A stretch of DNA of 64,000 nt from Synechococcus sp. (lineage in GTDB: Bacteria > Cyanobacteriota > Cyanobacteriia > PCC-6307 > Cyanobiaceae), in NCBI GenBank assembly GCA_047285535.1, contig JBJBDC010000001.1, positions 576,136-640,135 on the forward strand, read 5' to 3'. Numbering within the stretch: position 1 is the stretch's first letter; each line of letters opens with the position of its first letter. The notes below the pieces were generated by a model. That model saw only the letters and a list, made by a program, of their open reading frames with translations, did not search any database and had not been told where the DNA came from. A program made the position numbers and the translations under genes. Of the stretch, positions 1-10,803 are shown piece after piece.

Positions 1-609
1 CCTCGAGATGGAGAAGTCTCGCAAACCCCCAGCTACAAAATTTTGAATTTCCTTGCGTCGGCTCGCTGGATAGATGAAATCATCCTGATTGATTAGCTCT
101 TCGATTTGCTCTTGAAAATGAGATAAACAGAAAAACAAATTTTCTTCATCTCTCCATTCAAGAGGCTTCTGGTGAATCGGACAGAATGGATTATTCGCTT
201 CAGCGGGATCATCTTTGAATTCTTCGCAGCCAACGCAATACCAGCCGGTTTGACGACCACGTCGGATGTCACCTGCCTGTTCACAGCGTTTGAAAAACTG
301 TTGGACAAGGGGCAAATGGCGCTGTGATGTTGTCCGAATAAACCGATCGTTGCTGATGTCCCAGTTAGTCCAAGCCAGTTCGTAGCTGGTCGTCACCTGA
401 TCACAGTGATCACTGGGGCTGATTCCTCTCTCGGAGGCTGTGCGTTGGATCTTCTGACCATGTTCATCAACACCAGTCACAAAGACAACCTTCTGACCTT
501 CCAACCGTTGGAAACGTGCCAGTGCATCGCAGGCAACAGTCGTGTAAGTACTCCCTAAATGTGGTTTGTCGTTGACGTAGTAAAGAGGAGTTGTAAGGGT
601 ATAAATCAT
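1..609 (-). CDS. metG: methionine--tRNA ligase (N-terminal part, runs off the window start)
   Basis: Not in the ORF track because it is truncated. Manual minus-strand translation from ATG at 609: MIYTLTTPLYYVNDKPHLGSTYTT (HIGH-like motif)...TGVDEHGQKIQ...WYCVGCEEF...CPIH (zinc knuckle)...RDFSISR. Confidence 0.96.
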   Translation of the reverse strand, partial: MIYTLTTPLYYVNDKPHLGSTYTTVACDALARFQRLEGQKVVFVTGVDEHGQKIQRTASERGISPSDHCDQVTTSYELAWTNWDISNDRFIRTTSQRHLPLVQQFFKRCEQAGDIRRGRQTGWYCVGCEEFKDDPAEANNPFCPIHQKPLEWRDEENLFFCLSHFQEQIEELINQDDFIYPASRRKEIQNFVAGGLRDFSISR

Positions 610-676
610 GGTCATCTCGGGGCTTGCCCCCTTCTGGACTTGGATCCTAACGACACCCCATTACACCTCCTTCCCG

Positions 677-1321
677 ATGTTGAACGCAGCACTTGATCTT
701 GAGGCCAGGACTGTGTGGCTTGCAGCGTTGCATCAGCTAGCGCTTGTGGATGGAGATTTTGATCGTGCGGAGGAGCAGGTACTGGCGGATCAGCTCAATG
801 ATGACTGTCCGTTGCCAAATTTTGATTGGAGCCATTGTCAGGCGCCTGATCTGGATGAGATCAATCGGCATTTCTCCTCAAACCCCAGGATTGCTGAAGA
901 GTTTCTGCGATCTGCCGTTGTTGTGGCGTTAGCCGACGGGTATCTCAGTCAAAGCGAGCTGGATTTAATCCAGGCTTGGGCCGGCGCAGCTCTCGAGAAC
1001 AGTGATTTGATCGGTAGCTTGATTCCCTGCTCGCATCGAAGCGCTCAGCGCTGGACTCCGCTGGACTCCGTCAAGGAATGGCTCGATGCCTTCGACCCCT
1101 GCGACGAGAGGATTGCGTCATTCATTGTTCAACTCATTCCGCCTCAGTGCCCCTTTGAACGAGACATCCTTTTGTTTGGCCACAAGCTGGTCCATATTCC
1201 AGCGCTGTGCAAGGTCAACCCGTTGTTTGATCAGCTTGTTGCTCTTCGGTTTCGCTGTCTGGGTCATCTCACGTTGGAAGAGCAATTGCGTCTTTCCCGA
1301 CGAGAGTCGGTTCACGCGTGA
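677..1321 (+). CDS. TerB-like protein with Mo-dependent nitrogenase C-terminal domain
   Basis: N-terminal LALVDGDFDRAE and VALADGYLSQSE TerB-like repeats; C-terminal IPPQCPFERDI..HIPALCKVNPLFDQLVALRFRCL motif. ORF starts 608, likely start 677. Confidence 0.8.
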   Translation: MLNAALDLEARTVWLAALHQLALVDGDFDRAEEQVLADQLNDDCPLPNFDWSHCQAPDLDEINRHFSSNPRIAEEFLRSAVVVALADGYLSQSELDLIQAWAGAALENSDLIGSLIPCSHRSAQRWTPLDSVKEWLDAFDPCDERIASFIVQLIPPQCPFERDILLFGHKLVHIPALCKVNPLFDQLVALRFRCLGHLTLEEQLRLSRRESVHA

Positions 1322-3144
1322 TTTCTATTCAGACTCTCCATAGTCCAATTGTTGTCTGGGGAGGCGGTACAGGCGGCGTTGCAGCTGCCATTCAGGCGGC
1401 TCGATCAGGTGGGACTGCGCTTCTTCTAACCCCAGGCTCTTGGCTTGGGGGAATGGTCAGTACCGCTGGAGTGTGTTGTCCCGATGGCAATGAACTCGCC
1501 TCATGGCAAACGGGATTATGGGGAGCCTTTCTCCGGTCCTTGTATCAATCTGAACCTGATGGCCTGGATCAAAATTGGGTCAGTTGCTTTGGATATCGAC
1601 CAAGAACAGCTGAGTTGATTCTTCAAAACTGGGTCCAGGAGCTTCCAAATCTTCAGTGGTGGGCTAATTGTTGTCTTCTCGATGTGGAACGATCGGGATC
1701 GCTTGTTAAATCAGTGCTTGTACAACGATCAGATGTTGTTTATCGCATTGAGTGCGACATTTTGATCGATGGCAGTGATCGTGGCGATGTGCTGCCGATG
1801 CTTGCCTGTTCTTACCGTTTGGGCTGGGAGCCCCGCGAACAGTGGCAGGAACCGAGTGCCCCAGATCAACAAAGATTGGACCATGACCCTTTCTTTACTC
1901 AATCACCTGTTCAATCACCAACCTGGGTGGTGATCGGCCAGCTTCAATCCGACCAGATTCCTCACGACTTGGTGCCTCAACCAGGTGGAACGGCGAAAAC
2001 AGTTTTATCTACTCCGTTCGATGGCGCTTGTGATCAATTCGGTCTGAAACGAACCATCACGTACGGGCGTCTACCTGGCGGACTGGTGATGTTGAACTGG
2101 CCATTACAAGGAAATGACTGGCATTTTGGACTAGAAAGAGCTTTTAACGGCGATTCCAGGGCTGAACAAGAACTGTTTGCAGAAATGCAATCCCACAGTC
2201 TTCGTTTTGCGGATGAGCTTCAGCGTTGTAGTGATGGTTGGTTAAAGCGAGGTGAAGGCTTCCCTCGTGAAGCACGAAGCAAATCCTCTTGTTTGGCTTC
2301 TATGCCTTATTGGAGAGAAGGACGTCGCATGATTGGTCTCCAAACAGTTGTTGAACAGGACATACTCCCTCAAGGGCCAGGGCAATCGATTGCGTCTCTT
2401 CCTTTGAATAATGTTGGTGTTATTGAATCAATTGCTGTAGGAAATTATGCCAATGACCATCACTATCCTGGTCCGGATTGGCCACTGACTCCAAAAAGCT
2501 GTCGTTGGGGTGGTCGCTGGACGGGGACTCCCTTCTGCATTCCTTATCAAGCTCTTGTGAGTGCCGATTTTGAAAATTTCCTCGCTGCGGATAAATGCTT
2601 CAGTACCAGTCATATGGCGAATGGTGCGACGAGACTGCAACCTCTGATTTTCAATGTGGGACAGGCAGCAGGAGCAGCAGCGGCACTCGCGATTCGTTGT
2701 CGTTGCCCATTGGCAGCTTTACCCGTAAGAGTTCTTCAAGATCTGTTGATTGAAGATCCTGTGGCGCCATCAGGAATCGTTCCTCTCTGGGATACGCCTT
2801 GGCATCATCCGCAATGGAGTCAAAGACAGCGAGCTTGTCTTGATGATCCATCGCTATTAGGCCCTGAGGGTTCGTGGCTCGGTCCAGATGACCAGATTGC
2901 GTCTCAACCTCCTAAGCAACCTCATCAAAAGGTTTGGGTCGGGACACTCTTGCCTAATTCCCCAGATGGATACGACTTCGAAGTCGATGGTGGCCAGCGC
3001 TGGCCACTGATCACCCTGGAACCAGAATTAAGACATTGGCTTGCTGATCAGGATCGTCCTAGATCAGTTGCCGTAACCGCAGTAGCTAACCCTTGGGGGC
3101 CATGGTTGCGTGGCATCCACCTGGATGACTTATCGATAACTTAA
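1318..3144 (+). CDS. FAD-dependent oxidoreductase
   Basis: N-terminal VVWGGGTGGVAAAIQAAR Rossmann motif; REGRR and ANGATRLQP motifs; GTGA overlap with the upstream stop. Confidence 0.85.
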   Translation: MISIQTLHSPIVVWGGGTGGVAAAIQAARSGGTALLLTPGSWLGGMVSTAGVCCPDGNELASWQTGLWGAFLRSLYQSEPDGLDQNWVSCFGYRPRTAELILQNWVQELPNLQWWANCCLLDVERSGSLVKSVLVQRSDVVYRIECDILIDGSDRGDVLPMLACSYRLGWEPREQWQEPSAPDQQRLDHDPFFTQSPVQSPTWVVIGQLQSDQIPHDLVPQPGGTAKTVLSTPFDGACDQFGLKRTITYGRLPGGLVMLNWPLQGNDWHFGLERAFNGDSRAEQELFAEMQSHSLRFADELQRCSDGWLKRGEGFPREARSKSSCLASMPYWREGRRMIGLQTVVEQDILPQGPGQSIASLPLNNVGVIESIAVGNYANDHHYPGPDWPLTPKSCRWGGRWTGTPFCIPYQALVSADFENFLAADKCFSTSHMANGATRLQPLIFNVGQAAGAAAALAIRCRCPLAALPVRVLQDLLIEDPVAPSGIVPLWDTPWHHPQWSQRQRACLDDPSLLGPEGSWLGPDDQIASQPPKQPHQKVWVGTLLPNSPDGYDFEVDGGQRWPLITLEPELRHWLADQDRPRSVAVTAVANPWGPWLRGIHLDDLSIT

Positions 3145-3166
3145 AAGGTGAACTTATAACTTAAAG

Positions 3167-5281
3167 TTACTGATTCATCGCAATGAGTCTGAGTTGATCA
3201 CGGATTGAATCCACCTGGTGAACCTTCATCACTAAATGATGACCAGGCTCAGAATCTCTGGGGCATTCAGCTGCGATATCCATTGCCAAGTCTTCAATCC
3301 TCACCAAACCCAGTTGATCTTGAGGGCGCAGCCATCGTAAGAACTGGGCTGACCAAACTTCATTGCGATGGTTTTCAAACCAAACCTGCTGCCAGTGACG
3401 TTGGTCTTCTCTGGCAATTCCAATTCCATCCCGAATCGAGGCATCAAAGTCATTGATAAGGAATTGAAGATCATCACGATTAAGTGGTTCTTGGTCGCTG
3501 AATTGGGCTTGCAGTTGCCGTTGTACAACGAGATCTCCGTAGCGGCGTATTGGCGATGTGGCTTGTGCGTAGGACGCCAGTCCCAAGCTGAAATGTGCCG
3601 CAGGTTGTGTGCCCAATAATCCACGACTGAGACAACGTTTAATGGCAGCGAAGCGAACGGCGCCATCGGGCAGTGCTTCAAGATCAGAATGAGATGGGAG
3701 CTCTGCTGGAAGTTGGCTCCGGAAAGGCAAGGCGAGATTGTGAAGTTCTGCAATTCGGGCCACCACGGCGCCAGCAAGGATCATGGCTTCAGCCACCATC
3801 CGCCGCGATCTACCAGGTTCAGTGATCTCCAAGCAAGGTTGATTGTCTCTGCAACGGATTCGTCCTTCTGGTAGATCCATCAACAGCGCACCATGCCTGA
3901 TTCTGTATTGACGTCGTCTAGAAAGTAACGCATCCAATTCCGCCAAATCTGTATCCTCTGGTGGCGCTAAATCGATCAATTCATCGGCGTCGTTGTAGCT
4001 CAGTCGGAAGGTGGGCTTGACCCAGCTCCGTTCAATTCCGTGATGACCGAGTTCTCCTTCGTCGGTCAGCTCTGCCCAGATGCTCCAAGCAGCATTTTTG
4101 ATCCTTGCCTTTAGGCTAAAAGGCCCTGTTGATAAGCATTCCGGAAACATCGGTACATTCCCCTGGGCTAAATAAAGGCTGCTGCCACGGCGTCTTGCTT
4201 CAAGATCCAGTGGCGAATCAGCATCAATCAATCGCCCAGGGTCAGCGACATGAATCCAAATGCGTTTGATGCCATCTGAACGGTGTTCGAGTGCGAGACC
4301 GTCATCAATATCTCTGGTCTCTTCGTCGTCAATCGTCACGCAACGCTGATGGCAAAGATCGATTCGGGACGAGTCCCCGGGGCGCTCGCTTGAGTTCAGC
4401 TCCATCAAGCGTTCCGCTTGATCTAGAAGTTCAGGGCTAAATCCTGATGACCAGGGTGTGCCAGCAATCGAAACCAACTGGTGAGGATCCCAGATTCCGA
4501 GATCTACCAACAGAAGTCGAATCTCACTTCGGTCATGACCGAGACGCATTCCGGTCAAACTCTGTTGGATCGGAGCATCGAGTTGCTCAAACTCAATCGA
4601 ACCTAATGCCAGGTCTTGCAATTGTTCCAATCTGGCTCGAAGGCTCTTGGGAAGACTTTCAGGCTCAATCCTTTGCCTTGCTTTTAAGAGGTTTTTCCAA
4701 CGTTGGTCTTTTTGTTGCTCAAGAGCTTGAAGCCTTTGTTGACGGCGCAGGGGTTTCAGCTCCTCTGCCGATCGCGCCCTGATCTGATCATGCTTGTAAC
4801 GAAACCAAATCTGAGGTCCCATCAATGCCAGCCAGCACAAGGCAAGTTGGGCTGGACTAGTGCCTCCACAGACAAGATCACTGAAGGAGTCAATCTCAAT
4901 TGTCTCGCCTGATTCAAGAAGCAGGACCCATGCTGCGCCCCAGTTTCGACGGCTGAGATTGCCTAGGCTTAGTTGCTCTTCTTTGATTTGCCATGGTGAA
5001 GCCCCCAGCCCATCTGGAAGATCAATTCCAGGAGGCAGGGGGCAAATGAGTTGTATTTGCCGCTGTGGCAAAACAGTGGATTTGCGGTCGAATCCCAGTT
5101 TCAAACGCACTTTGCTGCCTTGAACAGAATCAACGACAGCAATTTGGGTGCTCTTCGACTCTTGAACGCCGACGAGATCTCCAGGTTGGAGAGTAAGTGA
5201 AGCCAGTGGATCAGCCTTCTGGGTTAACGAAAGGCAGCAACGCAACGATGCGGGCACGTTTGACCGCATTGGTAAGGTCAC
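3167..5281 (-). CDS. RNB-domain exoribonuclease (RNase II/R family)
   Basis: [13 protein letters not shown] catalytic motif, [33 protein letters not shown]. The ORF 5' end overlaps rpsR, so the real start is probably near 5205. Confidence 0.93.
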
Positions 5282-5432
5282 GCTGCTGTTTTGCAGTTAG
5301 ACCAGTAAGGCGCCGAGGAAGAATTTTTCCCCGTTCCGTAATGAATTTTTTGAGTAGATCCACATCCTTGTAATCGATGGGATCTCCAGGTTTGATCGGA
5401 GAAAGACGCTTCTTAAAGAAGGAACTTGACAT
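5211..5432 (-). CDS. rpsR: 30S ribosomal protein S18
   Basis: [26 protein letters not shown]...[13 protein letters not shown]. Confidence 0.99.
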
Positions 5433-5470
5433 AAATCAGGAACGTTGTTGAACGGTGAAGACCTGCAAGG

Positions 5471-5671
5471 TCACTTGATCTCCTTGTGGAGGGTCATCTT
5501 GTTGAGTTGGGGACAGAATTTCATAATCTCCAACCGTTCAGTTGTGTTCCTGCGATTCTTCTCCGTTGTGTATCTGGACACGCCGGGAGAACGCTTTTCA
5601 GAGGCGGAGGCGGACCGGCATTCAGTGCACTCGAGGGTGATCACGATCCGGACGCCCTTGTTCTTAGCCAT
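5471..5671 (-). CDS. rpmG: 50S ribosomal protein L33
   Basis: [18 protein letters not shown]...[21 protein letters not shown]...HKEIK; upstream of rpsR. Confidence 0.98.
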   Translation of the reverse strand: MAKNKGVRIVITLECTECRSASASEKRSPGVSRYTTEKNRRNTTERLEIMKFCPQLNKMTLHKEIK

Positions 5672-5803
5672 AAAGGACGTTGCGCCGCAGTAGCGAAGCG
5701 TAGTGACAAACAACTACTTTACAGCTTCGACGAGCACCATTCCCGTTTTCGACGATGGATTGGTGAGTCCTTCGTAGGATCAATGTCTGATTGAATCGTT
5801 GAC

Positions 5804-8254
5804 GTGCGGGTCTCACTCTCCTGGTTACAGGAACTGGTTCAGGTCAATGAAGCACCTGGTGACTTAGCTGAGCGCCTATCAATGGCTGGCTTTGAGGTGG
5901 AGGAAATTGATGATTTAAGTCTTTTGGCTCAGGGTGTTGTGGTCGGTCGAGTCCTTGAACACCGACAACATCCCAATGCCGACAAATTGAGCGTCTGTGT
6001 CGTTGATGTAGGAGCGTCTGAAGCTCTTCAGATTGTCTGTGGTGCCAGCAACGTGAGAGCAGGCATTCACGTACCCGTTGCCACCATTGGCGCAGTTCTT
6101 CCTGCTGTCAATCTCACGATTAAGGCTGGTGAGCTGCGGGGTGTGGCGAGTCAAGGAATGATTTGTTCCCTGGCAGAGCTCGGTCAGCCAACGGATCTCG
6201 ATGGTATCGCCATTTTGGATGATTTGTTGGAAACGATTCCTTCTCCAGGTACGGCAGTGGCTGCATGCCTTGGTTTGAACGACACCGTGTTGGATCTTGC
6301 AATCACTGCAAACCGACCCGATGGTTTGTCGATGGTCGGTATCGCAAGGGAAGTTGCTGCCCTCACTGGAGCCAGCCTTCAATTGCCGCAACCTGTTAAA
6401 CCCAAATCCTCGAAAGCGTTAGATCCTTCACCGGATGATGAAGAGGCCATGAAACAAGGTGGGGTCTATGCCCTTTCTGAAGTGAGTGGGCTTGATGGAA
6501 GCTTGCATTCGCCCGCGTGGATTCAACAAAGGCTGAATCGTGCAGGGGTTAATCCTGTGAACGCCATTGTTGACATCACAAATTTGGTAATGCTTGAGCA
6601 AGGCCAACCTCTTCATGCATTCGATGTAGATGCTTTGGAGCAGCTTTGCGGTAAGGATTTAAAGCCTTCGGATTTCGGTCTCAGACAAGGTCGTGACAAC
6701 GAACCATTTACTGGATTAGACGGTCGAGACATCAAACTTGATCAGCGAGTGCAGTTGGTCACTTGTCGTGATCGCCCTGTCGCGATTGCAGGGGTCATGG
6801 GTAGTGCCGAGACAGGAGTGAACGCTCAAACCACAAGAATCTGGCTGGAATCGGCCCTCTTCACTCCGTCTGCTATTCGAAGCAGCAGTCGCGCGACAGG
6901 ACTGCGTACAGACGCAAGTACGCGTTATGAGAAAGGATTGCCCCCTGAAATGACGTTGCTTGCAGCTGGTCGCACTCTCGAACTGATGGAACAACTATTA
7001 GGAGGAGAGCCTGGTTGTAGTTGGCAGTGCTGTGCCGAGTCAGGTCCGGAACCTGTGGTGATTCTTCGTCGTGATGCGATCCATCAATTACTTGGTCCGC
7101 TTGCTTCTGATGGCACAGAAGCCCTAAGGATCAGTGATGAACAGGTGGACAATTGCCTCTCGGCTCTGGGATGTCAGCTCAGCGCCTGCAAGGACGGCTG
7201 GAATGTGGTGGTTCCTCCGTCTCGTCGTATGGATCTTGTTCGAGAAGTGGATCTCATTGAGGAGGTGGCCCGTCTCGTTGGTTTCGATTGCTTTGAGGCG
7301 CATTTACCTCATCCCCTCACTCCAGGCGGACTGACAGACGTCCAACAGGCAGAGCGCTCTTTGCGTCGGCGGCTCACATCTGTGGGATTACAAGAGCTCA
7401 ACTGCTTGTCTCTAACTGGAGCTGACTCCAAAGATCCAGCCAGGATTGCTATCAGCAACCCTCTTTTGGCGGAAACCAGTTATCTCAGAACTGCCCTCTG
7501 GCAAGAGCACTTACAGGTTTGCCAACGCAACCTTCAGGCTTCCCAGTCAGGTTGCTGGATTTTTGAAATTGGCCATGTTTTCCATCCTGATGATCGCGAA
7601 ATTGTCCAGACAGTGCGACTCGGTGGAGTCATTTGTGGGGAAAGACGTCTTTCGAAATGGGCTACGAGCGGAAAGGCCCAGTGTCCTGACTATTTCACAG
7701 CCCGTGGAGTCCTTGCGACGGCGTTGAACTCAATGGGGCTTGAAACTCACGACCGCACCCTTACGGATGATCCACGTCTCCATCCTGGACGAGCTGCTGC
7801 TGTGGTGGTTGAAGGGCGCAGCGTGGGGTGCTTCGGTCAACTCCATCCGAACCTCTGCGACCATTACGAGCTCCCGGATTGCACGTATCTATTTGATCTT
7901 GAACTTCAACGATTATTAGAAGCCGTGACCCGCCGCAATCGCTGGGTGCCGACTTTTAAAGCATTTTCAACTCTTCCTGCAATGGAGAGAGATGTGGCCA
8001 TGATCGTGGCCAAGACGCTTCCTTCAGCTGATCTGATGCAAGCCATCCGTAAAGCAGGAAAGCCGCTCCTTGAAACGGTTGAATTGATTGATCGGTTTGA
8101 GGGTGGTCAACTCCCAGCTGATCAATGCAGTCAGGCATTCCGTCTTCGGTATCGAGCTAAGGACAGTACTTTGACGGAAGATCAACTTCAACCGGCCCAT
8201 GAAAAAGTTCGCAAGGCCTTAGTCAAGCAATTCAAAGTTGAGCTTCGCAGTTGA
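5804..8254 (+). CDS. pheT: phenylalanine--tRNA ligase beta subunit
   Basis: MRVSLSWLQE, HPNADKL, IVCGASNV, TANRPD, RTDASTRYEKG, C-terminal anticodon-binding domain. Confidence 0.98.
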   Translation: MRVSLSWLQELVQVNEAPGDLAERLSMAGFEVEEIDDLSLLAQGVVVGRVLEHRQHPNADKLSVCVVDVGASEALQIVCGASNVRAGIHVPVATIGAVLPAVNLTIKAGELRGVASQGMICSLAELGQPTDLDGIAILDDLLETIPSPGTAVAACLGLNDTVLDLAITANRPDGLSMVGIAREVAALTGASLQLPQPVKPKSSKALDPSPDDEEAMKQGGVYALSEVSGLDGSLHSPAWIQQRLNRAGVNPVNAIVDITNLVMLEQGQPLHAFDVDALEQLCGKDLKPSDFGLRQGRDNEPFTGLDGRDIKLDQRVQLVTCRDRPVAIAGVMGSAETGVNAQTTRIWLESALFTPSAIRSSSRATGLRTDASTRYEKGLPPEMTLLAAGRTLELMEQLLGGEPGCSWQCCAESGPEPVVILRRDAIHQLLGPLASDGTEALRISDEQVDNCLSALGCQLSACKDGWNVVVPPSRRMDLVREVDLIEEVARLVGFDCFEAHLPHPLTPGGLTDVQQAERSLRRRLTSVGLQELNCLSLTGADSKDPARIAISNPLLAETSYLRTALWQEHLQVCQRNLQASQSGCWIFEIGHVFHPDDREIVQTVRLGGVICGERRLSKWATSGKAQCPDYFTARGVLATALNSMGLETHDRTLTDDPRLHPGRAAAVVVEGRSVGCFGQLHPNLCDHYELPDCTYLFDLELQRLLEAVTRRNRWVPTFKAFSTLPAMERDVAMIVAKTLPSADLMQAIRKAGKPLLETVELIDRFEGGQLPADQCSQAFRLRYRAKDSTLTEDQLQPAHEKVRKALVKQFKVELRS

Positions 8255-9614
8255 TGCGTTGCATGAGAACAAGACACTCGAGGTGTGTGGTCTGAGGAAA
8301 GAAATCCACGGGCTGGATACGATCGATCTCATAGGGACCATGTGGAACGATTAGATGTGCCAGATCTCTTGACAAGGTTGCTGGGTCACAACTCAGATAG
8401 GCCAGACTTTTTGGTGGAGACTTTAAAATTGCATTGAGAACATTCGGTGCCAGACCCTTTCGTGGTGGATCCACGACGAGTGCATCATTCTCCGGCAAGT
8501 AAGCGCTCAGTAGCGATCCCACATCACCTGCTTGGAATGTGGCATTGCTAATTCCATTTAAAGCAGCATTGCAAATCGCATGTTGAACGGATGCAGGGTT
8601 GATTTCGAGCCCAATCACTTGAATACCTGCAGCGGCGATCGGCAAGCTGATCGTTCCGATACCGCAATAGGCATCAATCAGGCGATTGCAATGGGTCCGA
8701 GTCAGCAACCAATCTCGCAGAAGCAACACAATCTGTTCAGCACCATCGGTATGGACCTGGAAGAAGGTGGTGGTGCCAAGCAGGAGCTGAAGATTGCAGA
8801 AGCGTTCACTGATGGTGTCCCTGCCAGCAAGCGTATGGGTAATTTCACCCAGTACGGTGTTATTAGGTTGTGGTTGCAGGTTTAGGGTTACGCCGGCAAT
8901 GGCGGGCCAACGTTCAATCCACTGTTGCGCTAGTTCTTTGACTCCTTTGAGCTGATCCGTGGCACTCACAAGAGTGATCAACAGTTGCCCTGTGCGCACC
9001 CCTACGCGCATCCCAAGATGACGAAGACCCGGTTCCCCCTTTAAGTCGGCATTCGCAGGCCAGCCGCTGGATTGAAGGTCTTCTTTCAGTGGTTGGATTA
9101 AGCCATCAATGCGTGGGTCCATCACAGGACAACGACTGAGGTTGACGATGCGATGGCTTCCGCGTCGGTAATAGCCCAAGCGCAGATGATCACCTTCTCG
9201 AACAATTGGAATGAGCGCTCGATTGCGATAGCCCAAGGCTCTGGTCCCTTCACCCAGTGGAGTGGGAACATTGACAGTGATCTTGCCAATTCTTTGCAAG
9301 GTCTGTTCGAGACGTTGGCGCTTCCATTCGGACTGTCGCTGATCATCCCAGTGTTGAAGTGAACATCCCCCGCAATCGTTGGCCAAGCTGCAAGGAGGTT
9401 GCCTGGATCCTGGGGCTGAAACGATGGTTGTCAGACGACGTGCATGCCATTGAGCCTTCTTGCGTTGCACCAACTGCACCGAGGCCTCCTCTCCTGGAAG
9501 CAATAAAGGAACGATCACCACCCACCCTTGCCAACGAGCTAGTCCAAGTCCCTGATGGTTGAGATCAGACCCCACGACAGTGACGACCTGACCAGCTTTT
9601 GGTGTGTTGCTCAC
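8232..9614 (-). CDS. rlmD: 23S rRNA (uracil-C5)-methyltransferase RlmD/TrmA family
   Basis: TRAM domain, CSLANDCGGC Fe-S motif, YRNR, FFQV, DAYCGIG, VDPPRKG, YLSCDPATL, DFFPQTTHLE. ORF extends to 9692; GTG at 9614 is the likelier start. Confidence 0.93.
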   Translation of the reverse strand: MSNTPKAGQVVTVVGSDLNHQGLGLARWQGWVVIVPLLLPGEEASVQLVQRKKAQWHARRLTTIVSAPGSRQPPCSLANDCGGCSLQHWDDQRQSEWKRQRLEQTLQRIGKITVNVPTPLGEGTRALGYRNRALIPIVREGDHLRLGYYRRGSHRIVNLSRCPVMDPRIDGLIQPLKEDLQSSGWPANADLKGEPGLRHLGMRVGVRTGQLLITLVSATDQLKGVKELAQQWIERWPAIAGVTLNLQPQPNNTVLGEITHTLAGRDTISERFCNLQLLLGTTTFFQVHTDGAEQIVLLLRDWLLTRTHCNRLIDAYCGIGTISLPIAAAGIQVIGLEINPASVQHAICNAALNGISNATFQAGDVGSLLSAYLPENDALVVDPPRKGLAPNVLNAILKSPPKSLAYLSCDPATLSRDLAHLIVPHGPYEIDRIQPVDFFPQTTHLECLVLMQRINCEAQL

Positions 9615-9706
9615 AGGCTGGGCTATTGCAAAGGCGTAACACCGTTCACCACAACGTCGTGCGAAGCGGTCGATGGCTTTAGACTCATTCAAGCTTGGCA
9701 GCTGAA

Positions 9707-10201
9707 ATGAGCGTCGTTCGCGATCTGATTCTCAAAGCAGATGATGATCTGCGTTACCCCAGCAGCGGTGAATTGCAATCAATGGTTGATTATCTCAGCC
9801 AAGGTTCGAGTCGTCTGTCAGTTGTTCGTAGTCTCACTGCAAACGAAAAAAAAATCGTCGCTGAGTCTGCAAAGCAGTTGTTCAGCAGGAAACCCGAATA
9901 TGTCGCCCCTGGAGGCAATGCGTTTGGTCAGAAACAACGTGCTCAGTGTCTTCGCGATTACAGCTGGTACTTGCGCTTAGTGACCTATGGAGTTCTTGCC
10001 GGCAGTACGGAACTGATTCAAGAGATCGGTCTTGTCGGTGCCCGTGAGATGTACAACAGTCTTGGAGTCCCAATGCCTGGGATGGTAGAAGCCATGCTCT
10101 GCATGAGAGAGGCTTCTTTGTCCCTTCTCTCTGAGGATCAGAAATCCCTGGCGGCACCGTATTTTGACTACCTGATTCAAGGCATGCAGACACCGGCATA
10201 A
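9707..10201 (+). CDS. apcD: allophycocyanin alpha-B subunit
   Basis: MSVVRDLILKADDDLRYPSSGEL...QRAQCLRDYSWYLRLVTYGVLAG...REMYNSLGVP; chromophore Cys present. Confidence 0.95.
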   Translation: MSVVRDLILKADDDLRYPSSGELQSMVDYLSQGSSRLSVVRSLTANEKKIVAESAKQLFSRKPEYVAPGGNAFGQKQRAQCLRDYSWYLRLVTYGVLAGSTELIQEIGLVGAREMYNSLGVPMPGMVEAMLCMREASLSLLSEDQKSLAAPYFDYLIQGMQTPA

Positions 10202-10225
10202 AAATAGTTTCCATGAATGGTTGTT

Positions 10226-10252
10226 GAGCCGCCGCTATGGCGGCTTCTTTTA
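10226..10252 (+). terminator. rho-independent terminator of apcD
   Basis: AGCCGCC-gctat-GGCGGCT stem followed by TCTTTTA, about 25 nt after the apcD stop. Confidence 0.75.
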
Positions 10253-10803
10253 TGCAGAGAATCCGTATCATGCAGTCATTATTGTCTTCTTCTGGACTTG
10301 CAGTGAGACCAGGCATGGGTCCCTACTGAGACCAGTAAGACGATTTATTGCTTAGCCGCTTGATTGGTGTTTGGCTCTGATCTGTCAGCCATGGCTCTAG
10401 GACGATGACGCAACGATGGAGCACTTGCGTCACTGTGTCTATAGCAGGTACGCAACTAGAAAAAGTCTTTGTTTTAAAGGCTTTTGGCTTGGTCCAAGAT
10501 GCAATGGACAACACTAAGAGGGGTCTGGACGCCTCGCTTGTCGAAAACCCGATCGTGATCTGAATCCTTTGGGCGCATTTTTCATCGTTCTGGTTCTTTG
10601 TTGATTAAAACAGCTGGCGTTTGAGCCAGAGGCTTTTCTATGGTCTTACATTTAAAACAATGGAAAATGCAATTTTTATCATTCAGCAGGGTTTCGTGTC
10701 TCGATTGAGACCAGTTCCCGGACCGAGGGAGAGTCTTGCATGATGCTGTTGAGACTCAGGCCTCCTAGATTGGACTCTTGATGAGTCTTTGAGAGGTTTG
10801 CGG

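Noticed and set aside
677..1321. Nitrogen fixation implied by the Mo-dependent nitrogenase C-terminal domain
   Set aside because: The domain name is historical and it occurs in non-diazotrophs; no nif genes are present
9882..10316. 144-aa minus-strand ORF over the apcD 3' half
   Set aside because: Mostly antisense to apcD; its AAIAAA segment is the terminator hairpin
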